Assembly (NCBI GenBank): GCA_964640155.1
Contig: CAZXEQ010000001.1
Location: 141,256 to 173,255 of the forward strand
Length of the DNA stretch: 32,000 nucleotides
Reading direction: 5' to 3'
Source of the DNA: an uncultured bacterium
GTDB lineage: Bacteria > Auribacterota > JACPWU01
The translations under genes were made by a program, and so were the position numbers. Positions within the stretch are counted from its first letter, which is position 1. Each line of letters opens with the position of its first letter. Under the pieces are notes generated by a model. The model saw only the letters and a list, made by a program, of their open reading frames with translations, had not been told where the DNA came from and searched no databases. This document shows positions 15,320-25,305 of this stretch, piece after piece.

Positions 15320-17412
15320 CCCACATTCAAATATTTTGATTGATCTAAAAATCTTTCCTTAATGATTTTACGTAAAGCAGGATGTTTTTCTAAAGAAAAA
15401 TCCTGTTCTAAAAGCGCATCAGCTGAAACTCTGGCTTTTTGAATCATGTCAAAATCTGTAATCAAATTTCCAAAACGAAGTTCAGGAATACCATGTTGTC
15501 TAACTCCAAGAAATTCTCCGGGCCCTCGAATTCTTAAATCTGCCTCTGCAATTTTAAAACCATCTCGGGTATCCACCATCGTCTGTAATCTTTGAATCCC
15601 CTCTTCTGTATGCGGATCTGCTTCCAAAACACAATAAGACCGAAGCGGCCCTCGACCAATTCTTCCTCGCAATTGATGAAGCTGAGCCAAACCAAAAACA
15701 TGCGCATTTTCAATCAACATAAGCGTCGCATTGGGTATATCAATTCCCACTTCAATCACAGTCGTAGAAACCAAAACATCAATTTTATGATCTTTAAATT
15801 GATATAGTACTTCGTTTTTATCAAGTGACTTCATTCGACCATGAACGAGTCCTAATCGCAATTGCTGAAAAACTTCTTTGGACAAATGTTCAAACATTTT
15901 TGTCGCAGCTTTAAGTTCTTTTTTTTCAGACTCGTCTACCAACGGATAAATAATGAAAGCTTGCCTGCCTTTCTGAATTTCTTTTTGAATAAATTGATAG
16001 GCGTCTTGGAGCTTGTTCTTTCTTATCCAATGAGTCGATACCTGCCCGCGTCCAGGAGGCATTTCATCTAGACTAGAAACATCTAAATCGCCATAAACCG
16101 TCAGGGCAAGTGTTCGAGGAATAGGGGTTGCAGTCATCACCAAAACATCGGGCATACTTCCCTTTTCTCGCAGTCGCGCCCTCTGTAAAACTCCAAACTT
16201 ATGTTGCTCATCAATGACAACCATTCCTAATTTTTGAAACTGAACATCTTGCTCTAAAAGGGCATGTGTTCCTATTACCACTTTCATTTTCCCTGATTGA
16301 AGATCTTCAAGTAAGGCTTTCCGAATTTTTTTCTTTTCATTCCCAACTAAAAGCCCAACACTCACACCCAAAGATGTAAAAAGTTTCTCTAATGTTCGAA
16401 AATGCTGTTCAGCTAAAACTTCTGTCGGAACCATCAAAACTGTCTGTAACCCATTTTGAATAGCTAAAAAAAGTGCAAAACAGGCAACAAGCGTTTTACC
16501 GGAGCCCACATCTCCCTGAAGCAAACGATTCATGGGAGAAGATCCTTGAAGGTCTTGTATGATTTCTCCCAAAATTCTTTCTTGTGCATTCGTAAGCGAA
16601 AAGGGCAAGATTTTTTTAAAAGCTTCCATAGATTCCGCAACGTATTGATACTTTAAAATACGAGGAATTATTTCATTATTTCTCTTGCGAATTCCCATGC
16701 TTAATTCCAAAAGATAAAATTCCTGAAAAGCCAATCTTTGTCGAGCCACTTCAACCCTTTGGAGAGACTGGGGCAAATGAATCTCTTTAACTGCTTCTTT
16801 AAGATTCATCAAATGATGCTCCACTAAAACATCTTTAGGTAAAAATTCTTTCAAAGCATCTGCATGCTCATCAAAAGCATGCTTTACAATCGATCGCATG
16901 GTTCTTTGCCCCAATCCTTCAGTGAGAGGATAAATGGGAACAATACGCCCCGTATGCAAGAGATCGGTTGCGTCCCCTTGCAAAATTTCATAATCGGGAC
17001 TCATCATTTGAAGTTCTCGTCCATACCATTGAACTTTTCCACTCAAAATGATCGTCTGTCCGATTTCAAAACGATTTTTGAGATAGGGCTGATTAAACCA
17101 TGTTGCAAAAAGGACGCCTGTGGCATCTTCCACCGCCAATTGAAAAATGGAAAAGCGCCTTTGCGTGGTTCGGACTCCCGAGGTTACAATTTTTCCTTGG
17201 ACGGTTTGAAAAGTATCCACTTGAAGGCATCGAATAGGACTAAAAGTTGTTCTATCTTCATAACGGCGAGGGGATAGATAAAGAAGATCCAAAACGGTTT
17301 CCAAACCCATTTTCTTCAAAAGCAAGGCCCTTTTAGGACCTACACCTTTGATGTATTGGCATGAAATATTCGATGGATCTTTCTGAACAGGCGGCGAAGC
17401 AACTTCTGGCAT
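15316..17412 (-). CDS. recG: ATP-dependent DNA helicase RecG
   Basis: 698 aa. N-terminal wedge region. GDVGSGKT Walker A. DEQH Walker B. QLRGRIGRG motif VI. Confidence 0.9.
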   Translation of the reverse strand: MPEVASPPVQKDPSNISCQYIKGVGPKRALLLKKMGLETVLDLLYLSPRRYEDRTTFSPIRCLQVDTFQTVQGKIVTSGVRTTQRRFSIFQLAVEDATGVLFATWFNQPYLKNRFEIGQTIILSGKVQWYGRELQMMSPDYEILQGDATDLLHTGRIVPIYPLTEGLGQRTMRSIVKHAFDEHADALKEFLPKDVLVEHHLMNLKEAVKEIHLPQSLQRVEVARQRLAFQEFYLLELSMGIRKRNNEIIPRILKYQYVAESMEAFKKILPFSLTNAQERILGEIIQDLQGSSPMNRLLQGDVGSGKTLVACFALFLAIQNGLQTVLMVPTEVLAEQHFRTLEKLFTSLGVSVGLLVGNEKKKIRKALLEDLQSGKMKVVIGTHALLEQDVQFQKLGMVVIDEQHKFGVLQRARLREKGSMPDVLVMTATPIPRTLALTVYGDLDVSSLDEMPPGRGQVSTHWIRKNKLQDAYQFIQKEIQKGRQAFIIYPLVDESEKKELKAATKMFEHLSKEVFQQLRLGLVHGRMKSLDKNEVLYQFKDHKIDVLVSTTVIEVGIDIPNATLMLIENAHVFGLAQLHQLRGRIGRGPLRSYCVLEADPHTEEGIQRLQTMVDTRDGFKIAEADLRIRGPGEFLGVRQHGIPELRFGNLITDFDMIQKARVSADALLEQDFSLEKHPALRKIIKERFLDQSKYLNVG

Positions 17413-17494
17413 AAGGCTATCCTGTATTTATAGTTGACATTCCAAGCTTGATATGAGAGATTAACGCCTCTCATTTGAAATTCAGGAGTGTATT

Positions 17495-17725
17495 ATGGCA
17501 AAAATATGTGAAGTTTGCGGTAAAAAACCAAGTGCAGGTAACAAAATCTGCCGACGCGGTCTTGCAAAACGTAAAGGTGGAGTGGGTGAGAATCTAACCG
17601 GTATCACAAAACGTAGATTCATGCCTAATCTTCAAAGAGTCAAAGCTATCATTAATGGCGCTATCAAGACTATTCGTATTTGTACCCGCTGCCTCAAGGC
17701 AAATAAGGTTTTAAAAGCAGCCTAA
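17495..17725 (+). CDS. rpmB: 50S ribosomal protein L28
   Basis: 76 aa, basic. MAKICEVCGKKPSAGN...KRRFMPNLQ matches the L28 N-terminal signature. AGGAG 6 nt upstream. Confidence 0.85.
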   Translation: MAKICEVCGKKPSAGNKICRRGLAKRKGGVGENLTGITKRRFMPNLQRVKAIINGAIKTIRICTRCLKANKVLKAA

Positions 17726-17734
17726 CAATTGTCA

Positions 17735-17755
17735 TACGTAGTGCGTCTTGCGTTC
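17735..17755 (+). repeat. Heptamer half-array, GCGT flavour (element C)
   Basis: Units tacgtag/tgcgtct/tgcgttc with CG at 17737/17744/17751. Starts 10 nt after the rpmB stop. Confidence 0.6.
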
Positions 17756-17819
17756 TAAGATGTTTTGCTTAGAGCGTGTACTCCGGTATATTTCCAATCA
17801 TTTAAAATTCTTTGCTACA

Positions 17820-17941
17820 GTTTGCTCAAAAAGTCCCAAAATGCAAGGCACATGCGAGCGACTGCGGAGGCGTACGTTTGATGGTACGCCGCACAAAGAA
17901 GCGAAGTATGTAACGAAGTAGATTGGGCTTTTTCAGCAAAC
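17820..17941. other. About 120-nt compound hairpin between convergent rpmB and gspF
   Basis: gtttgctcaaaaagtcccaa (17820-17839) pairs with ttgggctttttcagcaaac (17923-17941): 19 bp with one mismatch and one bulge. Inner GC stem ggcgtac/gtacgcc at 17869-17875 / 17884-17890. Confidence 0.6.
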
Positions 17942-17943
17942 TA

Positions 17944-19107
17944 TTAAATTCCCCCCTCAAATATCGGCAATATCACTCCAATCACTATAAAACCGATGAA
18001 GGCTCCTACCAGTAGGAGAAAAATGGGTCCAATAAGGGTTGTAATTCGATTTAGATTTTTATTCAAATCTCTCTCATAAAAATCTGCCACTCTTTCACAT
18101 GTCTCTTTTAGTTTTCCATTTTTAAACCCCATGGAAAGCATTCGGACAAAGTCTTGCGGGAAAAGTTGATTCATCATCCAAAAGTCATCAAAAGGCTTTC
18201 CTTCTTCTAAAAGCAATTTCCATTTTAAAAGTTCTTTTTCTAGGAGAGAATCTCCTACTCCAGCAAGACCAATGGCCTCTTGAATCTGAACACCTCCGGA
18301 AAGCAAAAGAGCTAAGTTTCTTGAGAATTCAAAAGCATGTTTTCTTTTCATAAAAGAGCCGACAAAAGGAAATCGAAACAAAAGAGAGTAACATTTGATT
18401 TGATTTTTTCGATAAAACTGTCTTGCTCCATAACTCGCAAGCACACCGATCAATATCAAAAGCCATAATTGATTTGAAATACTTTTGCCTACTTTTAAAA
18501 TTAACTGGGTGGTCCAAGGAAGAGGTTTATCCCACTGTTTAAAAAGCTCCATCAAGGTTGGAAACACCCATTGAAAAATACAAAAAAGAACAAAAAGACT
18601 CACTCCAAATAGAAAAGCAGGATAAAGTAGACTTTGAATCCAACTTTCAGAAAATTTTGATTTTTTTTCAGCGTAAAGAGCTAAGGTTTCTAGAGCTTCC
18701 GGTAATTGTCCTGATTTTTCTGCAATGGTCAAAATACGCAAGAAAAGACTAGGAAAAAAAACTATTCCCATTAGGGCCTGTTCTAATGTTTTTCCCTCTT
18801 TGAGTCTATAAGCAATGGAATAAAGCTTCTTGCGAACAGTGGATTTTTTCCAGCCTTGAGCAGCATTTTCAAAAGCTTCATCCAGAGTAAATCCCGTTTT
18901 CAAAAATAGGGAAAGTTGTCGAGCCAGCATCGCATGTTCGGCAAAAGAAATTTTATCTTTTGAAAGCTCCCCCATTTCTTTCAGCTGAACAAGAATCAGA
19001 CCACGATCAAAAAGATGAAGTTTGGCAGCCTTCATATCTTTGGCTTCAAGAAAACCTATTTTTTTCTCTTCCCTTGCATCAAGGGCGATGTATTCAAAAA
19101 GGGGCAT
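17944..19107 (-). CDS. gspF: Type II secretion / type IV pilus platform protein GspF family
   Basis: 387 aa. Duplicated GspF-type cytoplasmic domains separated by hydrophobic segments, with a C-terminal TM segment (LIGPIFLLLVGAFIGFIVIGVILPIF). Confidence 0.85.
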   Translation of the reverse strand: MPLFEYIALDAREEKKIGFLEAKDMKAAKLHLFDRGLILVQLKEMGELSKDKISFAEHAMLARQLSLFLKTGFTLDEAFENAAQGWKKSTVRKKLYSIAYRLKEGKTLEQALMGIVFFPSLFLRILTIAEKSGQLPEALETLALYAEKKSKFSESWIQSLLYPAFLFGVSLFVLFCIFQWVFPTLMELFKQWDKPLPWTTQLILKVGKSISNQLWLLILIGVLASYGARQFYRKNQIKCYSLLFRFPFVGSFMKRKHAFEFSRNLALLLSGGVQIQEAIGLAGVGDSLLEKELLKWKLLLEEGKPFDDFWMMNQLFPQDFVRMLSMGFKNGKLKETCERVADFYERDLNKNLNRITTLIGPIFLLLVGAFIGFIVIGVILPIFEGGI

Positions 19108-19127
19108 AAAACTAATTCGAACCTTCT

Positions 19128-20858
19128 TTATATTTTAATATCTTTGATGACTAATTGAACCTTCCTCTGACCCCCATATTCATTAATGCCAATCTCATAA
19201 ACCGCATGAAAGGGGGTATTTTGAGAAATTTTAGAAGCCCACTGGGCCATACCAAAAGCAATTCCTTCTAAAGGGGTTCCCCTTTTTTGTCGAATCCATA
19301 GCTTAAGATGATCCTTCCCGACCAGTTGACAAGGTTTATCTAAAACCAATCCTTGAGTCATAAAAAGAGGAACAGGATTCTCTTGCCCAAACGGCGACAG
19401 CATCTCCAATTGTTCAGCAAGATCTAAAGAAATATCTGAAGCAGAAAGTTCAAAATCAATTTCCCATCGTGGAATTAAATTTTCGGCTGTCAAAATTTTC
19501 TTCGCGTATTGATTAATTCGCTCTCGAAAAAGAGAAATTTTATCTTTTTCAATTTTGATTCCCGCAGCATAAGCATGTCCCCCATAGCCTGTCAGTAAAT
19601 CTTCGCATTGTTTTAATGCCTCGCAAAGGTGGAACCCTCGAATACTTCGAGCTGATCCCTTACTTAAATCTCCATCCGCAGAAATAATAAATGTGGGACG
19701 ATAACGAAGCCTGAGAATGCGAGAAGCTACAATGCCAATCACTCCTAATGGCCATTGATCCTTATGAAGCACCAAAACCCAATCTTCATTAAATTCACTA
19801 TTTTCTTCCAAAATTTGAATGGCTTCTTCTACGGTTTGTTGCTCAATCGTCTGACGTTTTCGATTACTGACATCCAAATTTTGAGCCAAAGCTTGAGCTT
19901 CACCTGAATCTTGGGTTAAAAGCAAGCGAATCGCATCATAGGCTGTTCCAACACGTCCTGCCGCATTCAAGCGTGGAGCAATACGAAAACCAATATCAAC
20001 CGTCGTCCAACTTCTGTTTTGAATTCCAATTTCTTTTAAAAGAGCAGCTAAACCCAAACAAGTGGTTTTAGACAATCTTTCCAGTCCCCGCTTTACAATA
20101 ATTTTATTTTCTCCCTTTAAGGGAACTAAATCAGCAACCGTTGCAATGGCCACACGATCTAGATAATCTTTCAAATCAATTTTTTTCGCCCATAATGCAC
20201 CTTGTTTTAACCCCTCTTTTAGAATTCCATGTGCAAATTTAAAAGCAACTCCTGCAGCACACAAAAATTTAAAAGATTCATTATCAGAAGCAAGTCGCGG
20301 ATGGATGACAGCTAAACAATTGGGTAAAGTTGTTTTAAGTTCATGATGATCCACAACAATGACATCTAATCCTTTCGAGGTTGCTTCCCCAATTTCATCA
20401 AAAGCACTTCCTCCGCAATCAACCGTAATAAGAATACGTACGTTTTCACGTACGCATTTAGCAATCGCTTCTCGACTGATGCCATACCCCTCTGTCACAC
20501 GATCTGGGATATAGGGTTGGGCATTGATTCCTATTTTGGAAAAAAGATTACAAAGAAGCGCTGTGCCTGTAATTCCATCGACATCATAATCTCCATGCAC
20601 AAGAATTTTTTCCTGGTGTTCAATGGCTTGAAAAATTCTCTCAACCGCTTTTTTCATTCCAAGAAAAAGAAAAGGGTCCGAAAGATCTTTTAAACGTCCT
20701 TCAAGACAAAACTTGCCTTCCTCGTGCGTCTTAATTCCACGATCAAAAAGGAGTTGAGCAAGAATGGGAGAAATACCAAGAGATTTAGACAAAACCGAGG
20801 CTTCATCTGTACGAGATTTGACTTGCCACAACTTTGAAGAATCCAAAATTTCTTTCAC
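19128..20858 (-). CDS. recJ: Single-stranded-DNA-specific exonuclease RecJ
   Basis: DHH-family motifs HGDYDVDGITG, ITVDCG, VVDHHE and GGHAYAAG. 576 aa. GTG start 1 nt after the gspE stop. Confidence 0.9.
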   Translation of the reverse strand: MKEILDSSKLWQVKSRTDEASVLSKSLGISPILAQLLFDRGIKTHEEGKFCLEGRLKDLSDPFLFLGMKKAVERIFQAIEHQEKILVHGDYDVDGITGTALLCNLFSKIGINAQPYIPDRVTEGYGISREAIAKCVRENVRILITVDCGGSAFDEIGEATSKGLDVIVVDHHELKTTLPNCLAVIHPRLASDNESFKFLCAAGVAFKFAHGILKEGLKQGALWAKKIDLKDYLDRVAIATVADLVPLKGENKIIVKRGLERLSKTTCLGLAALLKEIGIQNRSWTTVDIGFRIAPRLNAAGRVGTAYDAIRLLLTQDSGEAQALAQNLDVSNRKRQTIEQQTVEEAIQILEENSEFNEDWVLVLHKDQWPLGVIGIVASRILRLRYRPTFIISADGDLSKGSARSIRGFHLCEALKQCEDLLTGYGGHAYAAGIKIEKDKISLFRERINQYAKKILTAENLIPRWEIDFELSASDISLDLAEQLEMLSPFGQENPVPLFMTQGLVLDKPCQLVGKDHLKLWIRQKRGTPLEGIAFGMAQWASKISQNTPFHAVYEIGINEYGGQRKVQLVIKDIKI

Positions 20859-20859
20859 A

Positions 20860-22323
20860 CTACCCTACCACTCTCAAAACCTCTTCACGTGTTGTTACAT
20901 TTTGTACAGCTTTTTCAAGACCGGCAGCTTCTAATCCTACAATTCCCTTATCTGTCATGGTCTGTCTAAACGCTTGAAGATCTTTTTTCTCATAAATCAA
21001 TTTTCTAAAATCTTCATCTAAAACTAAAAGTTCAAAAATACCCGTACGCCCTCTAAATCCTGTGGAAAAACAAGTCGAACAACCTTTCATTCCACAATTT
21101 TGACAGATGCATCTAACCAGTCTTTGTGAGATTACTGCCATTAAAGCAGAAGCAATCAAATAAGGTTCAATACCAATATCTAAAAGACGTGTTACAGCAC
21201 CTGGAGCATCTGTGGTATGAAGCGTGGCTAAAACCAAATGCCCTGTCAAAGCAGCCCGTACTGCAATTTGAGCAGTCTCTTGATCACGAATTTCTCCCAC
21301 TAGAATAACATCAGGATCTTGGCGCAAAAGAGAACGTAAACCTTGAGCGAAGGTAAGTCCAAGTGCCGGCTTCACCTGCATTTGAGTAATCCCTTCTAAT
21401 TTGTATTCCACAGGATCTTCAATGGTCATGACATTTTTACGAGACAAATCTAATTCTGAAATAAAAGAATAAAGCGTGGTTGTTTTGCCACTTCCGGTAG
21501 GACCAGTGACTAAAATCATTCCATTGGGTCTATTCATCAAGGGCTGTAAAATTTGATTATCTTTAGAAGACATTCCAAGTTCTGGAGCTCGAATCAAAAG
21601 ATTGTCCCGATCTAAAAATCTTAAAACCAGACGCTCTCCCTGAACGGTCGGAACTACCGACAAACGAATTTCAATTTCTTTATCTGCTGATTTCATTGAA
21701 AATCGTCCATCTTGAGGTTGTTGCTTTTGCGTCACATCCAGTTTGGCCATCACTTTCAGACGAGCCACCATCCCCTCCTGAATTTCTCGAGGAAGTTTAT
21801 GAGCTTCATGCAAAAAACCGTCTCGACGATACAGAACCGCCAAATAATCTGTCTTAGGATGAAAGTGAACATCGGTTACTTTTTCCTGAGTTGCTTCCCT
21901 TAAAATCGAATTAACCATTTTGACAATCGGAGCATCACTTCCCTGTCTGATTAAATCCTCACCTGAAAAAATAGTTGAGCTGTTTTCAGAAAAATTCTGT
22001 CCCTGAAGAAGACCTTCGACATTCTGCAAATTAGACTCCATCAGTTTTCTCAAAAGGTGTTCTATCTTTTTCAAATCCATTAACACAAGATCAATAGAAA
22101 CATTCAACGCTTGAGTCAGATTATCAATAGGATAAAAAGGATGAGGTTTAGCAACCGCAAGTTTTAATCGATTATTTTCTAACGACACGGGAAGAAGACG
22201 AAAAGTCCAAAAATACTCTAAAGGAACTTTTTTAAAAATGTCTCGAGGAATTTTGTCTAGAGTAATGTCTTCGAGAATCGGAAGTGATGAATCTGTCATT
22301 AAATATTTATACCTTTCAATCAA
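20860..22323 (-). CDS. gspE: Type II secretion ATPase GspE family
   Basis: Walker A GPTGSGKTTT. Asp box and Walker B (DPDVILVGEIRD). His box (ATLHT). Tetracysteine CICQNC...GCSTC. The start is uncertain: TTG 22323 or ATG 22299. Confidence 0.9.
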   Translation of the reverse strand: MIERYKYLMTDSSLPILEDITLDKIPRDIFKKVPLEYFWTFRLLPVSLENNRLKLAVAKPHPFYPIDNLTQALNVSIDLVLMDLKKIEHLLRKLMESNLQNVEGLLQGQNFSENSSTIFSGEDLIRQGSDAPIVKMVNSILREATQEKVTDVHFHPKTDYLAVLYRRDGFLHEAHKLPREIQEGMVARLKVMAKLDVTQKQQPQDGRFSMKSADKEIEIRLSVVPTVQGERLVLRFLDRDNLLIRAPELGMSSKDNQILQPLMNRPNGMILVTGPTGSGKTTTLYSFISELDLSRKNVMTIEDPVEYKLEGITQMQVKPALGLTFAQGLRSLLRQDPDVILVGEIRDQETAQIAVRAALTGHLVLATLHTTDAPGAVTRLLDIGIEPYLIASALMAVISQRLVRCICQNCGMKGCSTCFSTGFRGRTGIFELLVLDEDFRKLIYEKKDLQAFRQTMTDKGIVGLEAAGLEKAVQNVTTREEVLRVVG

Positions 22324-22349
22324 AGCAAAAAGACAAAACCTTCTCAGCT

Positions 22350-24017
22350 CTATTGCTTCAAGGCCTTTTGTTGACTACTTTCTACTTCACTCTTATCACT
22401 GATGTTTGACTTTACTTTAATTCCTTGAACCGTCTGTAAGTCTTCTCTTTTCTTTTCCGTGATTGACTTTAATTTTTCTTCAGAATCTAAAATATGAGGG
22501 CAAATAAAAATGAGAAGATTTGTTTTAATGGTTTGATCTGTTTTTCGAGTAAAAGGGATTCCTAAAATAGGAATATCTCCCAGAATAGGAACTTTCTGGA
22601 TAAGTTTTCCTTTTCTTTCTCGAATCAGTCCCCCAATCACAGCTGTTTGAGAATCTTTAACAGTAATCATTGTTTTAGCTTCGCGTTTGGAAGTTTCCAC
22701 AGCACCTTCAAAAGATTGCCCTATCACATCTTCTACTTTCTGATGTACTTGCATTCGAACCATGCCATCTGGAGAAATATGAGGCGTTAATTGAAGCGAA
22801 AGACCAATGTCTTTAAACTCAAAAGTCCGCACTGTGCTTCCCTCAGGAGTTACTTGAGAGTTTTTGATAAAAGCCCTATTTTCTCCGACTAAAATTTCAG
22901 CTTCGGTATGATCTGTTGTTAAAATTTGAGGAGTCGAAAGAATATTAATGTCTGAATGATTGCGAAAAGCATTTACCAAAATTCCCAGCCTAGGAATTTG
23001 AAGAGTCCCAATTTGAATCGTATCATGTAAATAAGCAGCACTTGTCCCTTCCAGCTTTCCACCGGTCACAACATTATGAACAATATCATCTGCTTGATTG
23101 ACTCGGTCTCCGCCAAAACCTTCTTGAGAACCATAAAGAGCACCTTCAATTGCAGCCCATTCAATCCCCAATTTTTCCAGCTTGTCTAAATTAACTTCTG
23201 CAATCAAAACTTCAACCAGAACCTGCTGGCGTTTGACATCTAAAGAACGAATGGCTTTTTTGAGCAAGGGATATCTTTCTCTTGAAGTATGAATCAAAAG
23301 TGAATTGGTCATGGCATCTGCCACCACAAAAGAAGCATCTTTAGTTTGTGATTCTGGACGAGATTCCATCATTTTCTTCTCTTGTTCAAAAAGCTGAGTC
23401 AAAACTTGTGCGATGCCTTCTGCATCTGCATTTTTAACCGGATACACATAAACATGGGGAACACTTCCAAGTCCTTTTTTATCAAGATCTAAAATAATTT
23501 TCTGAATACGCACCATGTTGCTTGCTGTATCTGCCACAATTAAAGTATTGGTCGATGCGTATGCTGAAACATGTCCTCCTCTGGTCAAGAAAGAACCAAT
23601 GATTACAGAAACTTTTTCAGCGTTCCCATACTTTAATGGAATAATTTGTGTTACAAAATGATCCCCTGAGGCCATCATTTCGCCACTCAACACCATCTGC
23701 GTACTTTCTTGGCGAGCTGCATCCACCGGAACAACCTTTGTTACTTTTCCAGAAGAAACCATGGCATAACCACTTGTTTTTAGAGCAGCTTCCAGAACTT
23801 GGCGAACTTCAGCTAAAGGAATTTTGCTGGGGCCGGAAATACTCACCAATCCTTTAATATTTTCATCCACAATAAAATTTTCACCTGTGATCTCGCTGAC
23901 AAATTTAATCACAACACGCAAATCAGTATCTTCAAAATTCATAGAGACCAGATTGTCTTCTGCATAACCCATCCAAAAATAATTTAATAACATCATGCTA
24001 ATAAGAAATTTTTTCAT
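22350..24017 (-). CDS. gspD: Secretin GspD family
   Basis: Signal peptide MKKFLISMMLLNYFWMGYA. N0-like segment (NFEDTDLRVVIKFVSEITGENFIV). C-terminal secretin domain (ILSTPQILTTDHTEAEILVG, VPILGDIPILGIPF). Confidence 0.9.
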   Translation of the reverse strand: MKKFLISMMLLNYFWMGYAEDNLVSMNFEDTDLRVVIKFVSEITGENFIVDENIKGLVSISGPSKIPLAEVRQVLEAALKTSGYAMVSSGKVTKVVPVDAARQESTQMVLSGEMMASGDHFVTQIIPLKYGNAEKVSVIIGSFLTRGGHVSAYASTNTLIVADTASNMVRIQKIILDLDKKGLGSVPHVYVYPVKNADAEGIAQVLTQLFEQEKKMMESRPESQTKDASFVVADAMTNSLLIHTSRERYPLLKKAIRSLDVKRQQVLVEVLIAEVNLDKLEKLGIEWAAIEGALYGSQEGFGGDRVNQADDIVHNVVTGGKLEGTSAAYLHDTIQIGTLQIPRLGILVNAFRNHSDINILSTPQILTTDHTEAEILVGENRAFIKNSQVTPEGSTVRTFEFKDIGLSLQLTPHISPDGMVRMQVHQKVEDVIGQSFEGAVETSKREAKTMITVKDSQTAVIGGLIRERKGKLIQKVPILGDIPILGIPFTRKTDQTIKTNLLIFICPHILDSEEKLKSITEKKREDLQTVQGIKVKSNISDKSEVESSQQKALKQ

Positions 24018-24047
24018 ATCTTCTAATACGATTCCAAGTTTAAGGTT

Positions 24048-24917
24048 CTATGTTCTTTCTTTTTGCCCTTCAACCAAATAAACCAATTGCATTTGATGTG
24101 AACCTCGTTTTAAATCGATTTTGAGGTCCCCTTGTTCTAAATTTTGATAAAACGCCATTAAAGAACTTAAATCTGTTACTTCTCGTCCATTGATTTTTTC
24201 AATGATATCCCCTGTTCTAAAACCTAATTTTTGAATGGCACTTTCGGGCATCACATCCAGCAATTCATACCCCAAGGATTTTCCTTCTTCTGCATAAGGA
24301 ATGAATCGAACCCCTTTCATCACATCTGCCCAATGCGTCAACATATCTTGAACCATCGCAAATTCTAACTTCATGGCATTGACATTTAAATCCTTTTTCC
24401 CAATTTCACTCACAGGAGAAGGTTTGATTGGGTCAGAAAAACTGGCTTGTGGTAAATCTCTTCCTTCTATTTTACTTGCGGTCGAATGTGTCGTTGAGGA
24501 TCTTTCTAAACGAACTTTCTCTGAGCCATTCTCTATTTCCAATGAATTTTCAAGAATACTTTGAACAGTCCATCCTTCAATTTTTTCTCCACTTTTAACC
24601 AATTTTTGTTTCCCCTGATATTCAATAATGGCAAAAAGCTTTTCTCTAACACCTGCTGTTCCCTTAAATTGAAAAGGGATAGAAGATAAATCAAAAGAGC
24701 GATTAACCAGTAAAGGTTCATCTAAATTAAATTGAGACGCTAAAGAAATTTCATTCGAGGAGGGGTCTTTCACAACCTTTACATCTTGAATGGATTTTTG
24801 ATAAGAATTCCCAGATATCCAAGATTTAACTAATAACCCACCGCTTATAATTAAAACAATACAAAGCAAACAGTTAAGACTCGAAAATATTTTTTGAACC
24901 ATCCAAGGTTTTATCAT
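24048..24917 (-). CDS. GspC-like inner-membrane protein with C-terminal PDZ domain
   Basis: N-terminal TM segment (LNCLLCIVLIISGGLLV). PDZ-like C-terminus (GYELLDVMPESAIQKLGFRTGDIIEKINGREV). Sits immediately upstream of gspD. ATG 24917 with GGAGGG upstream (the track start is TTG 24932). Confidence 0.6.
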   Translation of the reverse strand: MIKPWMVQKIFSSLNCLLCIVLIISGGLLVKSWISGNSYQKSIQDVKVVKDPSSNEISLASQFNLDEPLLVNRSFDLSSIPFQFKGTAGVREKLFAIIEYQGKQKLVKSGEKIEGWTVQSILENSLEIENGSEKVRLERSSTTHSTASKIEGRDLPQASFSDPIKPSPVSEIGKKDLNVNAMKLEFAMVQDMLTHWADVMKGVRFIPYAEEGKSLGYELLDVMPESAIQKLGFRTGDIIEKINGREVTDLSSLMAFYQNLEQGDLKIDLKRGSHQMQLVYLVEGQKERT

Positions 24918-25305
24918 TTTGTTTCCCTCCAACCACCTTACCTGAATATTTTCTTATTAAAAAAAATGTTAATACAACAAAACTTGCTCCCAGTGTATCC
25001 ATCATCCAATCCAAACCGCTTGCTTCTCGTGTAGGAACCCAATACTGATGGATTTCATCCGATAATCCATAAAGGCTTGCAAAAGAGATTGTTGCAAGAG
25101 CTGGATGTTCCCGAATCTTTTGAATCTGATCAATCACAGCCATGCGATAGAACAAAAGAGCCAAGACAGCATATTCTACAAAATGCTCAATTAAGTCAAT
25201 CCCTTTAAATCCTGGTAAACCCTGAGGGAACTGAAGAGAGGAAACATAATAAATGATAGCGCAATATGCAAGAACAAATAAACGCCTTAACGCAAGCAAA
25301 CTCAT
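24874..25305 (-). CDS. VanZ-like membrane protein
   Basis: Four hydrophobic segments. SDEIHQYWVPTREASGLDWMMDTLGA matches the VanZ-family D-E-x-H-Q...R...D signature. The start overlaps the upstream stop (ATGA). Confidence 0.7.
   Translation of the reverse strand: MSLLALRRLFVLAYCAIIYYVSSLQFPQGLPGFKGIDLIEHFVEYAVLALLFYRMAVIDQIQKIREHPALATISFASLYGLSDEIHQYWVPTREASGLDWMMDTLGASFVVLTFFLIRKYSGKVVGGKQNDKTLDGSKNIFES

Noticed and set aside
16864-17277. 137-aa plus-strand ORF in the track
   Set aside because: It is antisense to the well-supported recG gene, and its composition is typical of a shadow frame.
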